From Schizochytrium sp. TIO01 (lineage: Eukaryota > Protista > Bigyra: Labyrinthulomycetes): a stretch of DNA of 64,000 bases. Shown in pieces: positions 1 to 12,000 of this stretch; position 1 is the first letter of the stretch, and each line of letters begins with the position of its first letter. The position numbers and the translations under genes are program-made. The notes below the pieces were generated by a model. That model searched no databases and had not been told where the DNA came from. It was given only the letters and a program-made list of their open reading frames with translations. The stretch lies in assembly GCA_004764695.1 (NCBI GenBank), contig SMSO01000032.1:8650483-8714482 (forward strand), written 5' to 3'.

Positions 1-2
1 AG

Positions 3-1775
3 GAGGGCATTTTGCCAACGGCGAAGTGGGATACCGACTCTTACCTAGACGATCAATTTCATAGCTCTGGACGGCTTTTCGAGGTCATTAGCCAAAAGGT
101 TCTCTCACGGCTGCACAAAGCTGTGGCCAAAAAAGATTCTCCGATTGGAAAAATTGGTGATCAAGGTCTTATAGCACTAGGCGTGAGTTGTCCAAAGCTA
201 ACAACCCTCATGATAGACTATGCCACGGGTATGACTGCAGAGGGCCTTAGTAGATTCTGCTATTTAGTCACCCCGTTTCTACAACATCTCGGATTATCTG
301 GGCATCAAGAGGTAACTGATGAAAGATTGCGAGAAATTGTTACACGTTTACCTCATTTGAAGACACTACGCCTTTCAAGAACGTCAATTACTGACCAGAG
401 CGTGCCTCTTATCATCGGTTTGCGGCAAAGCTTGCGAGCCTTGTCGCTCGAAGGTACCTCTGTTTCTGTAGCGGGAATAGCAGATATACAAAAAAGCGTC
501 CCGGCTTACGACTTTGCTCATGTTTCACTCAATTCTCGAGCAGAACATCTTATTCAGCGATACAAAAAGCTATGTGCATGTTTTTTACGAGTAGCAGAAG
601 TGACACAGAACACAGAAATCCAAGAAGTAATAGAGTCCAAAATTTTACAAGAGATTGAAAGCTGCAATGAACAACTTAGCAAGATTGCAAAAGGGGACAT
701 ATATGCATCGTGGTCGTCATTCATTCCATCTTCGTGGCCTGGCCATTCCAAGGGAAGAGAACACAATTTGGAAACTATTGTTGCTCAAGGTATTCGTCAT
801 TTAGCATTTGCAGTAGATTTTATTCGTCGTATGCTTTGGCGACATGCCCCCTCTCCACTAGGTTACACGGCGAAGGAACAGTCTGCATGGCATACAACAT
901 ATAGTTCTCAGGACCTTGAGGCCTTACAGGACGAATGTGCAGAATATCAGCGACTTATTGTCGATGGCAATGTAAGCAGTGTCGCAACGGAGGCTGGCCA
1001 AGATAATAATGCTGATGACAGTATGGTTGACACATTTCCCTTTGCAAGTCTACCCCCCATGGGCCTGGAACTTGTGTTAGGACCAAGCCTGAAATTTAAC
1101 TTAGCTCTTTGCACCTACACGTTTATGGTTCCTTTAGCACTGCGGGACATGGTCATCGATCAAGAGACGTCGACGCTCTGTGGGCGTATTTCTCCGAAGG
1201 GACCAATGTCAATGGAAATGCGAAAATTGTGTTCACGGGGAGAACTCGCTCGAGCTTCGCAGTTTGTGTATGTGCATCCCCTCCTGGACCGACGGCGAGC
1301 AGCATGGTTTCGAGAGAATAAAGTAATGCCAACTGGTCTTGTACGCTTAGTAACATGGGGTGGTTTCGCGTTTTTAGATCATGATGGTGATTTTGTAGGC
1401 GCAGCAGCGCATAGTTTAGGTGCGACCATAGGGTTCAACGGACCATTTCCTGTTGAGAAAAAGGTCCTCGGACACCTGCAGCTGGCGAAGCGCTTTCGAA
1501 AGTATAACGGGGATTTACGTTATGCGTTTCTCCATGGCAATGAGGGAGGGTCCCCACATAATACTTGTGGAGCCTTTGTCTTTAGAGCACGCCCTCTTTC
1601 TGAAAATCTTGAGAAGGCTTGCCCGGTAATGTACACAATAGCTCCTGAGTGGACGCCTGAACCTGAGCAGTGGGCATTAAATCATTCACATCTTTTTCAT
1701 AAACACAAGCTAGAAGGCGATACTTTGGCCATTTCAATCGAAGATAGTGGCGAACACCACGACTTGAAAACGTAA
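3..1775 (+). CDS. Leucine-rich repeat protein (cysteine-containing/AMN1-FBXL-type LRRs) with unidentified C-terminal domain; 5' partial
   Basis: Frame is open from position 3 and the listed start at 12 is TTG, so the gene probably begins upstream of the window. LRR-CC-like repeats: IGDQGLIALGVSCPKLTTLMI, VTDERLREIVTRLPHLKTLRLSRT, ITDQSVPLIIGLRQSLRALSLEGT. Stop TAA at 1773-1775. Confidence 0.8.
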   Translation, partial: EGILPTAKWDTDSYLDDQFHSSGRLFEVISQKVLSRLHKAVAKKDSPIGKIGDQGLIALGVSCPKLTTLMIDYATGMTAEGLSRFCYLVTPFLQHLGLSGHQEVTDERLREIVTRLPHLKTLRLSRTSITDQSVPLIIGLRQSLRALSLEGTSVSVAGIADIQKSVPAYDFAHVSLNSRAEHLIQRYKKLCACFLRVAEVTQNTEIQEVIESKILQEIESCNEQLSKIAKGDIYASWSSFIPSSWPGHSKGREHNLETIVAQGIRHLAFAVDFIRRMLWRHAPSPLGYTAKEQSAWHTTYSSQDLEALQDECAEYQRLIVDGNVSSVATEAGQDNNADDSMVDTFPFASLPPMGLELVLGPSLKFNLALCTYTFMVPLALRDMVIDQETSTLCGRISPKGPMSMEMRKLCSRGELARASQFVYVHPLLDRRRAAWFRENKVMPTGLVRLVTWGGFAFLDHDGDFVGAAAHSLGATIGFNGPFPVEKKVLGHLQLAKRFRKYNGDLRYAFLHGNEGGSPHNTCGAFVFRARPLSENLEKACPVMYTIAPEWTPEPEQWALNHSHLFHKHKLEGDTLAISIEDSGEHHDLKT

Positions 1776-2675
1776 ATTATACATAAATTGAAGAATAGTG
1801 ATTATTTGAGACCTAAATCAGCAGTATTTCAATGTTTTGCCCGAAATGATAGCTCTATAGTTTGTTAAGACAATTTTCTATAGTACTTCCGCTCCTTTTA
1901 ATTCTTTGAAAGCTCGACTCATATCGTCCATAACCGTAGCTACCTAGGCATTTGAAAATGTGTTCAAAAAGTGGGGAAAAGCTAAGCTCAACATTTATCA
2001 ATGGTTCGGGTGCGGGGGTTATGTCCTTGATCGTGATATATGGTGCAAGTAAGAGATCAAAGTAGAACTTTTCTTTGGTAGCGACCCAACAGAAGAAACT
2101 TTTATGAACGAAGATTTATGAAAAAGTACGAATCTAGTTAGAGGTAGTAGGGATAGAAGGAAAAGTTGGATCACCTAAGCAGCAGCAGATGAAGTAATTT
2201 ACCTAATAACTGTCTGCTACATGGTGTTGCTAAGACTAGATATAGCAAATTTAATGTAGAGTGGCAATGATTGTTATGCTCGTGGTTGCTAATATGACCA
2301 GAGCAACAAACCCAAACAACAAGCATAGCGGGACCTATTTAGCTCGCTAGCATCAGTGCAGGGCCTGGGGAGATTCTTCTTATGACAAGAGTAAGCAGGA
2401 GCAGATATTGAGGCTTTTACAATCAATCAGCAATGCGCTCACCCAAAGCTTACAGGGATGTGATTTTTTTTTTTTGAGCACCCAAATCCCGCAAACTTGT
2501 TCACAACCGAAGATATGAAGGTTGCTGCTAGAGCTGCAACCATATACTAGAAGCTGTCAGAGGACACGAAAAGATACGTTGATTCTAAGTACGCCTTGTG
2601 GTCGTAAGATGGCGTGCATACCTGTATTTCTCGCGACCACGTGATGATGATAAAGGATACAGCTTAACTAACACC

Positions 2676-4343
2676 TTAGGTGGCCTCCTCGGGGGTGGTC
2701 CAGTTGTCCGGGACGAGGTTGTCCTGGATGAGCTCGCGGTGGCAAGACCAGACGAGGCGAATGGCCTCGGGCGTACCAATGCCAGCGCCGTTGGGGTTAC
2801 CAGCGGGGCCGAACCAGTGGTTCTGGGGGGCACCAGTGGTGCGAGCACGCATACCGAAGTAGGTGGTACCGTTGACAGTGTTACCGAGGAACTTGTGCTG
2901 GAATGCAATGTCGTTGGAGACGATGGCGGCGGTAAGGTGGTGGGGGATGCGCTCCATGGCCTCGAGCACACGGGGGATATCCTCGTCAGTGTACTTGGTC
3001 ACAACCTGGAAGGGTCCAAAGAGCTCGGTGGTGGCAATGTCGAAGTTCTCCTGGGATGCAAGAACAGAGTCAAGGGGAACCTCAATGGCGGTGGGCTCAA
3101 CAGCACCGTACTTCTCGTAGATGGTGTGGTTCTCGAGCTCCTTGCCACCAAAGAGAAGCTTGGCGCCCGGGAGGCTGAGTACCTTGTCCTTGTGCTCCAT
3201 GATACGCTGGGTGGACCAGCTGAGGACGGGGCCAATGGAGAAGTTGTCGAGGGAGCGGCGAGCGGCAAGAGTCTTCATCTGGTCAATGAGACCGGCCTTG
3301 TATGCATTTTCGTGGCAGAAGAGCATCGACTGAGCAGAGCACTTCTGTCCAGAGATGGCGTACGCATCCTGATCACACTGCCATGCAACGTACTCAACGT
3401 CCTTCTTGTTGACAACATCGGGTCCGACGATCTTCCAGTCAAATCCAGCGTCCTCGACCTTGACCTGGCCGTTGGTGGCCTGGAGCAGCTTGTGAGCCAC
3501 GGTGGAGCTGCCAGTGAACTGAGTCAAGCGTACAGGGGTATCGGTGATAACCTCCTGGGTGGGGAGACCATCAGCGTGGAGGAGATCCACTGCGTCAGCG
3601 GGCATTCCGCACTCGATAAGGAGGCGGATGTACTGCTCAAGAACCATACTTGTTTGGGGGGAACCCTTGATGACGGGCTTGTTACCCATGTAGAGTGCTC
3701 CCATCAGCTGGAGGAGGGGGATCTCCAAAGGAAAGTTGAACGGAGCCACAATGGCCACAGGTCCGTAAGGCCAGCGGTATCCGCGGGACTCTTGACCATC
3801 GTGGTCGCCGGCGACTGAGAAGCCACGGGCCATGAAGCGCACACCGTCACCAGCGAAGTTCTCGAGAAAGATGCGGGACACCTTGACCTCAGCGAGGGCC
3901 TGAGCACGGTGCTTGGGCATGGTACGCTGAATACAGCGGATGAAGAAATCCTCAACCTCAGGGTCACGAAGAGCAGCGGCTGCCTTGAAGGAGATCTCGC
4001 CCCACATGTTGTAGCGGCCGGGGTTCTTGATCGGGTTGTGGACACCGCTCTTGGGCACCTTGCGGAGGGACTTCTTGAAGTCCTCAAGCTCGGCGCCCTT
4101 GGTGTCAGGCATGAGGATGAAGTCCTCGCCGTTCATGGGGTCAGGGATGTTAATGTAGGCCTGTGTGTCCTTCCACTGACCGTCGACCAGGTTCTGGAGC
4201 TTGACAGGGTTCTTGCCGCTGACAGTGTTAGGGTCGAGCGTGGCCCAGGAAGGCTGGCTAGACATGGCACGGAAGCTGAGGCGCTGGATCTGCTGCCGGG
4301 AGCCTGCGCTCAGCTGAGCCTTGGCGGCGGAGAAGAGCGACAT
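2676..4343 (-). CDS. ALDH12A1: Delta-1-pyrroline-5-carboxylate / glutamate semialdehyde dehydrogenase, ALDH12 family, mitochondrial
   Basis: 555 aa. ALDH12 motifs FLENFAGDGVRF, RWPYGPVAIVAPFNFPLEIP, FTGSS, KVEDAGFDWK, catalytic SGQKCSAQS, ELFGPFQ. N-terminus is rich in Arg/Ser/Ala and lacks acidic residues, like a presequence. Strong C/G-ending codon bias. Confidence 0.95.
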   Translation of the reverse strand: MSLFSAAKAQLSAGSRQQIQRLSFRAMSSQPSWATLDPNTVSGKNPVKLQNLVDGQWKDTQAYINIPDPMNGEDFILMPDTKGAELEDFKKSLRKVPKSGVHNPIKNPGRYNMWGEISFKAAAALRDPEVEDFFIRCIQRTMPKHRAQALAEVKVSRIFLENFAGDGVRFMARGFSVAGDHDGQESRGYRWPYGPVAIVAPFNFPLEIPLLQLMGALYMGNKPVIKGSPQTSMVLEQYIRLLIECGMPADAVDLLHADGLPTQEVITDTPVRLTQFTGSSTVAHKLLQATNGQVKVEDAGFDWKIVGPDVVNKKDVEYVAWQCDQDAYAISGQKCSAQSMLFCHENAYKAGLIDQMKTLAARRSLDNFSIGPVLSWSTQRIMEHKDKVLSLPGAKLLFGGKELENHTIYEKYGAVEPTAIEVPLDSVLASQENFDIATTELFGPFQVVTKYTDEDIPRVLEAMERIPHHLTAAIVSNDIAFQHKFLGNTVNGTTYFGMRARTTGAPQNHWFGPAGNPNGAGIGTPEAIRLVWSCHRELIQDNLVPDNWTTPEEAT

Positions 4344-5614
4344 GGTGGTCTTTGGGGGGGTTTACTGGCTTGCTTCGAGCGAAGGTCTTTACAGAGCTTC
4401 ACTCAACTTCGTCAGTTCTTCTCCGTCTGCACAGAGGCCAAACGAAAAATCAACTGTCGTTCAAGCGAAAGGACGGGGTTGGTTTAGAGCGGACGCCTGC
4501 GGGGAGCTAGACGTCTTCGTGTGAGTCCACCCTGAAGATGGAGAACGAGCTAAGCAGTTTGGGGTTTGCTGCCTCCAGATTTGGATTTGGCGCTCGATGC
4601 TTTTGGCTTCTTCTTTCTTCTTTCTTATGAAAAAAAATTGACTTATCAGACTGAGTAAAAACCTTTTTAGCTAAGAAGTTCATCACAAAAATGAAAATGT
4701 TATTCTCAAATCAAACGATTCTCATTTCTATCTCCAAGGAACCAAAAATGCTTCTTCCACTCTTTTTCCTTAACAGAAGACTCAAACGCGAAAATAAGAT
4801 TTTTAATTTTAATTTATTCATTTATTTATTAGATTAAAAACAAGTCTCTCAAAATTTCAATTCACGGCGATCCACCTCAATCACAGTCATCTTCGAACTT
4901 TTCGACTCCCTGGTCGATTCAAGGCTATCGTTCCTTTCCCTGCATACTTCGCTGCACTCAAAAAGTAAAACCTCGCACCTCAATGGCCGCTCACTATCGT
5001 GCGTCCATTTAGTTTCAACTTCGTCCTGTCTAACATAAAAGAAATCATAGATCGAACCAGAAGAAGACGAAGAAGAAGAAGGTAAAAATTAAAAATTTCA
5101 AAAAATCAAAAAATCAAAAAAAAAAAAAAGGAAAAAGGGAAAAAGGAAAGAAGGATTTCTCTTTTCTGCATCGCTCCTATCGCAAAAGGCGCCAATAATC
5201 CTATCGAAGGCCTTTCAGAGCTCGCTCGCTTCTCAAACCCAATCGTGAGTGCCACAGTTCGAGAGGTATCGCCGCAGACTCCCGGCTCCTCCCGGCGCCC
5301 TCCAAGTGGCGCTTAGCGAACGCAGTCAGAAGCAGCGGTGGCCACAGGCTCCGAGACAGGTCTCCGAACTGGAACGCTTGTGCATCGTTGCGAACGTGCA
5401 AGAAGAAAGAGGCAGGAAAGAAGAGCTTAGGAGATAAATTATGAATTAGTTTTACAAACAGCCGACAAAAACAAATTAAAACAATCCAGGATGATAAGAG
5501 CAAATCAAAGCAGCTTTTCGTCATACAGGCAAATGGGTTGATTCATGCATTCTGCCAGCAGATACGAGAACATGAACCCTCCGCGCACGTATCATCTTCT
5601 GAAAGAAGACATCC

Positions 5615-5669
5615 TTTGCTTATTTGCTTATTTGCTTATTTGCTTATTTGCTTATTTGCTTATTTGCTT
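5615..5669. repeat. Tandem 8-mer (TTTGCTTA)n, about 7 copies
   Basis: Read directly: tttgcttatttgcttatttgctta... Confidence 0.95.
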
Positions 5670-8060
5670 CCCGGCTGAGATAAAAGAAGTGAAAGTTTTA
5701 TCATTCTTCGCGCATTCATCCAAGCTTGAGTTCTCTTCTAACAATAATTCATAAACCATGAAATACTCGCAATGCAAACCGCAATTCAAGTGTAACGCAG
5801 AACTGTAGGAACCAAAAGATCACGCCCAAAGCCATCACCAGCAAAGTTGCATACTCAGCATTCCACATCCGCTTACATAAGCTACAAACGGCATTCCTCT
5901 GCTCCATGGTATCTAAAAACAGCCTTTCTCTCAGTTCATGCAGCGCGCAGTATTTTAGTCTAATCAACGAAATTAATGAAATGAACTAATTAATTTTTTA
6001 TTTTTTTATTATTTTTAATAATAACAATAACAGTTATAATAATAAGCAGAAGAATGAGAGAAGAAAAGAAGGAAAGATACTATAGCTAGGCGCTACTCCT
6101 AGCCATCATGGCATAGAAGTTCTTGGGACCAGATTTGCTTGCAATCACAAGCGCTGCCGTGGAGCTTGGTCAGCATGCGTGGCAATCTTTTGCAGATGCG
6201 ATTGCGGTCTCGCTCTTCAGACCTCATGGACATCGCAGCACCGCAACGCCATGCCACCCTGGCACGGTTTCAGAAGCCTTCAAGCTCGTCGCAGCCGCAA
6301 CGTTGAAAATCATCGTGAGATTTGATCGTCTGGTTATGAAGCACATCGTCATCACTGTATCATCATCGTCCATGATTAGTTAAGAATCAAAGCGCCGCCG
6401 CCGTCAGAATCCGAGTGTGTGTATATGTGGCGATGCGAAATGGTGAAATTGACGCACTGGCAAGCGCCGTGAGGCGTACTGGAGCCTCGCGAGGCCGCCT
6501 CTGAGCCCTCGAGCGGAGCTTCGCCCAACGCACTGCTGATTGAACTGAGGCGCTGCGTCGAATTAGAAGAGAGGTCACCAGATCGAACCATCTCAGCTAT
6601 CATGACCTTCAAGCTGGAGAACTTCTTTTCAATTAATCTATTAAAAAACGAAAGAAGGTAGAAAATAAAAACTTTCATTCATAGAATTGCCACGCATACA
6701 GTAGTAGTAGGCGCTTGGGTGCCCTTGCCTCAAAGATAAATGGATTAAAAAAAACTGTCAAAAAAAACATAAAAACTTAAAATTGCAAAACTCAGTTGAA
6801 CCCGGAAAATTGCGCGCAAGCCGAAGAAGACGGAGCCGTCTAAGTGTGCCAGAACACTGATTCCATGCGAGTCAGAGCGCGTCCTTCGCAATGACACCCT
6901 CAAGAGCCTTCATTATCCTGCGCATAAAAAATGATATGATAACAAACTTAAAACCAAAAATCATGACTACTTGAAAGAAAGAATCAGAAAGCCATAACAT
7001 ACATATATACATACCTTAGTACTTTATAATAACACAAGAAAGAGATACCAATTAAATCAAAACCTTTTTAATTAAAAACAAATTAAACTTATAAATTAAT
7101 TAATCAATTTTAAAAATTCGAATAAAACAGGTACTTTCGTCATACAAGTTCTCGTGCACGGCCACGTTCTGTTCCGTTCTATATTGGGCCCCAGTCGCAG
7201 CGGCTAATGGAAAACAGTCTCTGTTTGTTTGTTTACACGGGTTGCGAGAGTTGCCGCCGCTCCGTTGCAGAGGCAAGGCAGCAGACCCGTCAGGCCGACC
7301 TGCGCCTGTCCAGAAGGGCGTCCTGCGAGCTCCCTCGTGTCCTCAGGCACCGCCGTCCACGGCTTTCCGGCACCTCCGCTTCGAAGCAGCGCCAGAACCC
7401 CTTCATCCACGCAATTCTCGCAGGCCTCTTCGCAGATCGCGGGCACGAAAAAGACGAAGCGAGAGGGGGCGCCACTATTATCGACGCCCAGTATTCTTTA
7501 TAAACACAGAGGTGCAAGGTAGATAGGGACAGTATGGCATGTGTACATTGGTGTAGGTACGAGAGGCACGCCCTGCGGCCCGCGAGGGAAACCTGCGCTA
7601 TTCCTGAGCTGTTTTGGGATATTTGGGGCTCTCTTGAAACAGGTGGAAAACGGGGACTCTGAGCACTGCAAAGCCGGGGCGAAGGACCTACGATGGGCTT
7701 TGGAGCCCCTTTGCGAGGCATTTGAGCCACGCCAGCCTGGCCTTTTCTTTTGCCGCGCAATCAATCTCTCGAATTCATCGCGCCGGTTCTCTTGACCGCT
7801 CGGCTCACGGGCGTTCCTGTTCCGGTAAGGCGTTTAACATGTTAGTTATTTGGGCAAGATTCACAAGAATAGGCGTACGCGACATGCAGTTTCGCATAAC
7901 GTTGAAGAAGGCACGCGGAGAGCCTCCCTAGTCGGAGCTTAGTGTAAGTTAGTTTTAGTTAAAAGCAAAGCAAAGCAGAGCAAAGCAAAGCAAAACAAAA
8001 TTATCTATATGATGTTGTTATTTTAACATTAACAAAATATGACACACGCATCCAATTATA

Positions 8061-8410
8061 TCAAACGCTTACCATCGTGGAATACACTTTTACTACTTTT
8101 GAATCCAGAGTTGCAGAATAACCATAACTGTCAAAAGTCGAAGACCACGATACCCTCTGCGTCATAAGGCCGTGTTTTCCTCTCTGTGTCCTCCCTTTGA
8201 AGCCGCTAGTGTTTATGGTACTGCCTAGGTACGAGAAGGTCTGTAATAATATTGTAGGTCCAGAAGATTTCTTTGAAGGCATCTCAAGAAGAGGGGAATT
8301 GAAGAGTGATCCAATTTTAGCGACAATGTGAAGAGCCATTCTAAAGATGATATAGATGCTGGCACATATGTATCTCTTTTGGTCGCTCAGGCGGATGCCG
8401 TCTGGAATTG
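8061..8410 (-). mobile_element. Decayed non-LTR retrotransposon (LINE, RTE-like) reverse-transcriptase C-terminal fragment
   Basis: Minus-strand translation shows collinear RT-like pieces: DGIRL (pre-YADD), RMALHIVAKIGSLFN (cf. L..A.KIGL.IN), TFSYLGSTINTSG (cf. F.YLGS.I...G) and SKVVKVYSTMVS (cf. TK..VY.T.V). The YADD motif is not intact. Confidence 0.5.
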
Positions 8411-8969
8411 GCTGGTGGAAAGAACTCATCCTATTTGATGGTTTTCTGATCTCTGAGCTCTTTTTTTTTTTTTTTCGCTTCCCGCGCAACGCAACTTAGG
8501 AAGGAAAATGGGTTGTGGAGATTCGTAGGCAAGGCAAAAGCAACGAACTAACTGCACACAGAGACACGCGGGAAACTCGCAAATTCAAGCGAAGACGTGT
8601 CAAAACCACCCCTTTCTCTCAGTCTAGCGCGGCTTCGATTCAATACGAATCGAGGCGAGGCCGTGCCAAAGCCCTGAAGGAAACCGGCAGTGCAGAGCGC
8701 AAGAGCGTAGCCATTTTTCTTGTCCATATTAAACCCGTATTGATCGCACATGCGCAGGAGGTGGAATCCCTTCCTACTATAGCTAATGAAGTGCTAATAA
8801 ACAGAAAAGGTTGCACAGTGGGTGCTTAGCAGTGCTGTGTCTATGTCTTAGTAAGGACAATTGTCTGAATCAGTGCAAAATATCTTTCGCTTCTTTTTCA
8901 TTCTTTTTCATTCTTCAGTTATTTTACATTAATTGAAACGACCTGAGCCACAATGAAAGCAGGTAAGCT

Positions 8970-9041
8970 TTCTTCTTCTTCTTCTTCTTCTTCTTCTTCT
9001 TCTTCTTCTTCTTCTTCTTCTTCTTCTTCTTCTTCTTCTTC
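8970..9041. repeat. (TTC)n microsatellite, about 24 units
   Basis: Read directly. Confidence 0.97.
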
Positions 9042-12000
9042 AAGCAAATACGCTTTGCTCACGCGAAAAGCGACCATCGCTTTACAAGAATAACAATAGT
9101 AATCATGACATTTGAAAAAAACAAAACAAAAAAACGCATTTCTTTATAAAAACAAACAAACAAACAAACAAACAAAAAACATTTTTATAATTATAATTTT
9201 ATTTTATTCTATTTTATTTTATTTTATTTTATTTTATAAAATTAATTAAATATTCGAAGAAAGATTCCTATCGCGGCGATGGGATTTGCAGATAATTGCC
9301 TTCTGAGCAGCAAATAGTGTAGCCTGAGACCTGGCTTTCTTGTTCCTCTGTGCAATCGCGGGCAGCCTCAGACCGTTCGGTTGGATGGGATGGATTTCCC
9401 ACTGCTATTCTCGGCACCGTTTGCGCTGCTATTTTACGGCCATCGGTGCGAAGCAAGTGCAAGCAAATGGGCCGGAGTCACTTTCCCGTTCATCGCCTCA
9501 CGAGTTCGTTAGTTAGTTTCTACCTTCGCTCGTAGTTAGTTACTTAGTTCCCAACTATCTCTCTCTGACTCACTCACTCACTCGCTAACTAACCAACCCC
9601 TTTTACATATACATATACATATAAAGGCACATATTGTAGGAATAATAATAATTATTATTATTATTATTATTATTAAAAAAGAGAAATTGCCATCATCATG
9701 ATCTGTCCATAATAATGTCGATGAATTAAAAAAGGCTTTTCCTTGAAATTAAAAACAAAGTAAAAACAAATGCCAACTTGGAAATACATAGAGAGCGAAC
9801 TTTGGAATGAAGGTAACCAATTTGTTTGTTTGTTTGTTTGTTTGTGGTGTCATTGAGGAAGAAGAAGGCACTTCCGGCCTGCTCAAGCGGGCCAAACAAA
9901 CACACATGAGACAGAGAGAGAGAGAGAGAGAGAGACTACAGGTTGAAGACAGGCACAGACAGATACAGACAGATGGATGCGCGCGGCCATCGCGCCGCTA
10001 GCGAGCGAGCAGGCGCCACCGCTCGTGGTCTCCAGCCACGAATCTTGATTGAAAAAATGCAATGCAATGCGATGCAGATAGTTTGTAGAAGCTGAGCATT
10101 GCAGCCTCTTGTTTCTATGAAGATGGCAGGAATAAATGTAATGCAATGTAATGCAATGTAATGTAATGCGAATGGCGATGAATCGATGAATCAATCAGTG
10201 CGTGCATCCGCTCGAAGGCCCTCCGTCGTCGCAGCGCTTCGAGTCGATCGCCAACTGCGGCAGCCAGCCAGCCAGCCTGCCAAGCAAGCAAGCCAGCCTC
10301 GGAGCGGCCAGGCTGGCCTCAGGGCGCCCCGTTGACGACGACCGTGATGATGGCACCTATGTAGGTACGACAAGCACGTGAGCACAGCGGCATTTGGCCC
10401 ACGAATATCAACGGACACGGAGCGCATTCCATTTCCATTTCCATTTCCATCTCCATTTCGTTGGCTGAGCGAGCAATTATGAGCGAGCAATTGTAGACGT
10501 GGGAGCGTAGAAGAGCTCGAAGCGAGTCAAGGCTTCGAAGGCTCAGCCAAGCTCGAGAAAAGCGAAGACTTCGAAGTGGCCAATGCTCGCCGTGGTGGAG
10601 ATTTTGGGATTCGTTTGTAAGTTCCTGAGGAGTTGGCGAGGTCCATCGATGGCAAGTTCTGCTCGTAACACGCACGAGTGACTTGGAACGAGGGTCCAAG
10701 ACCAGTGCGCGAAGGTTCAAGAGAAGTTGCACGCTCGAGAGAATGAACGAATGGATGGGTGGATGGATGGATGGATGCAAGGATAGATGATGGGTGGATG
10801 AGAACTTACTTGGTCCCTTTCTGTGGAGCGCGATATAACTCGAGGAGGAGACAGACAGTCGATGGCAACAGGGCTGGACTGTCTATGTGCCTATGCCTGC
10901 CTGATTGAGTGAGTGAGTGAAGTTGGAGCAGCGAGCGTCTGGATATGGATGGAGTGGTAAGATGTGTGCGGGTGTGTCTTTGCGGAGATGTCCCACGAAA
11001 TTCTTCCTACCAGCTGCAAAAGGTGCCAGCGCTCGCTGGTCCAGTGTCATTTGGGCAGTCATTTAGTTAGTTACCGACTGATCGAAATGTGATGAATTGT
11101 AATCTATCAAATGCAATATATTATAATATGCAATGTGATGCTCGCTCGCTCGCTCGCAGGCTGACTCGTGGCATGAAGTGCCCTGGATAATTTGCATCGG
11201 TACGGGCAGGCTATGCCACCGCCTCGAGAGCCTTGAGAGCAAAAGGTCTGAGTCGAGAACCTTGCGGTGGCGGATTCCCGTGAAGAATTTATTTGACTTG
11301 CCGTCATCATGAAGAAAGAAATCAGCATCGCAAAGGAGATCGCGCGGGATGAACTTGAGTTGAAGGAATCACGATCTCGACAAAGAGATTCTTCCCACTT
11401 CGACACAGGAACCCGCACGAAAGAACGGCAAACGGTAAAAGAGGTTTCAAGAGAAAGGATATGAGGTTCGTAAAGTAGTAAAGGATTGAAATTGCGCGTC
11501 GCTGTAAACTTGGATGAAGCGAGCCAGAACACAGCAGTACCGCACAAAAGTCATAATTTGGTGTGAAGCACTGATACACGAGTAAAGACAATGATCCGAA
11601 TCGACATTTAGCTCTTGAAGGCAAGAAGTTATTCAGATTTTGAGCAAGGTTAAGAAAAGTGATTTAATGTGTAGTTTGCCATTCTTAGGCTGTAAAGATA
11701 GCAAAAGAGACGGCTAGCTTGACACTGGTAAGCGAAAGCCAGGGATCCAAGTTAAACTGTAAGAAAAAATGATGGACGGGTGTATTTTCTTCGTTGTTAT
11801 CACTGATAAGATCCCCACTCCTCGATATAAGTTCAATATTAGTTATAAGAATAAGCAAATAACGTGGTTATGGGTATATTATCTCGACAAGAGGCAAGCC
11901 AAGCATCACGCGTGGAATGTGCGGACGGGCTTTCAGAGGCTGCTCTCGCGTTCGTGGTGGAGAAACCGAGCTACGTTACCGATAGTCCCTCAATTCAATG

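Noticed and set aside
2598-3818. 406-aa plus-strand ORF (and 3909-4487) antisense to ALDH12
   Set aside because: Codon-aligned shadow ORF caused by the strong codon bias of the real gene; Leu/Val/Gly-rich with no motifs.
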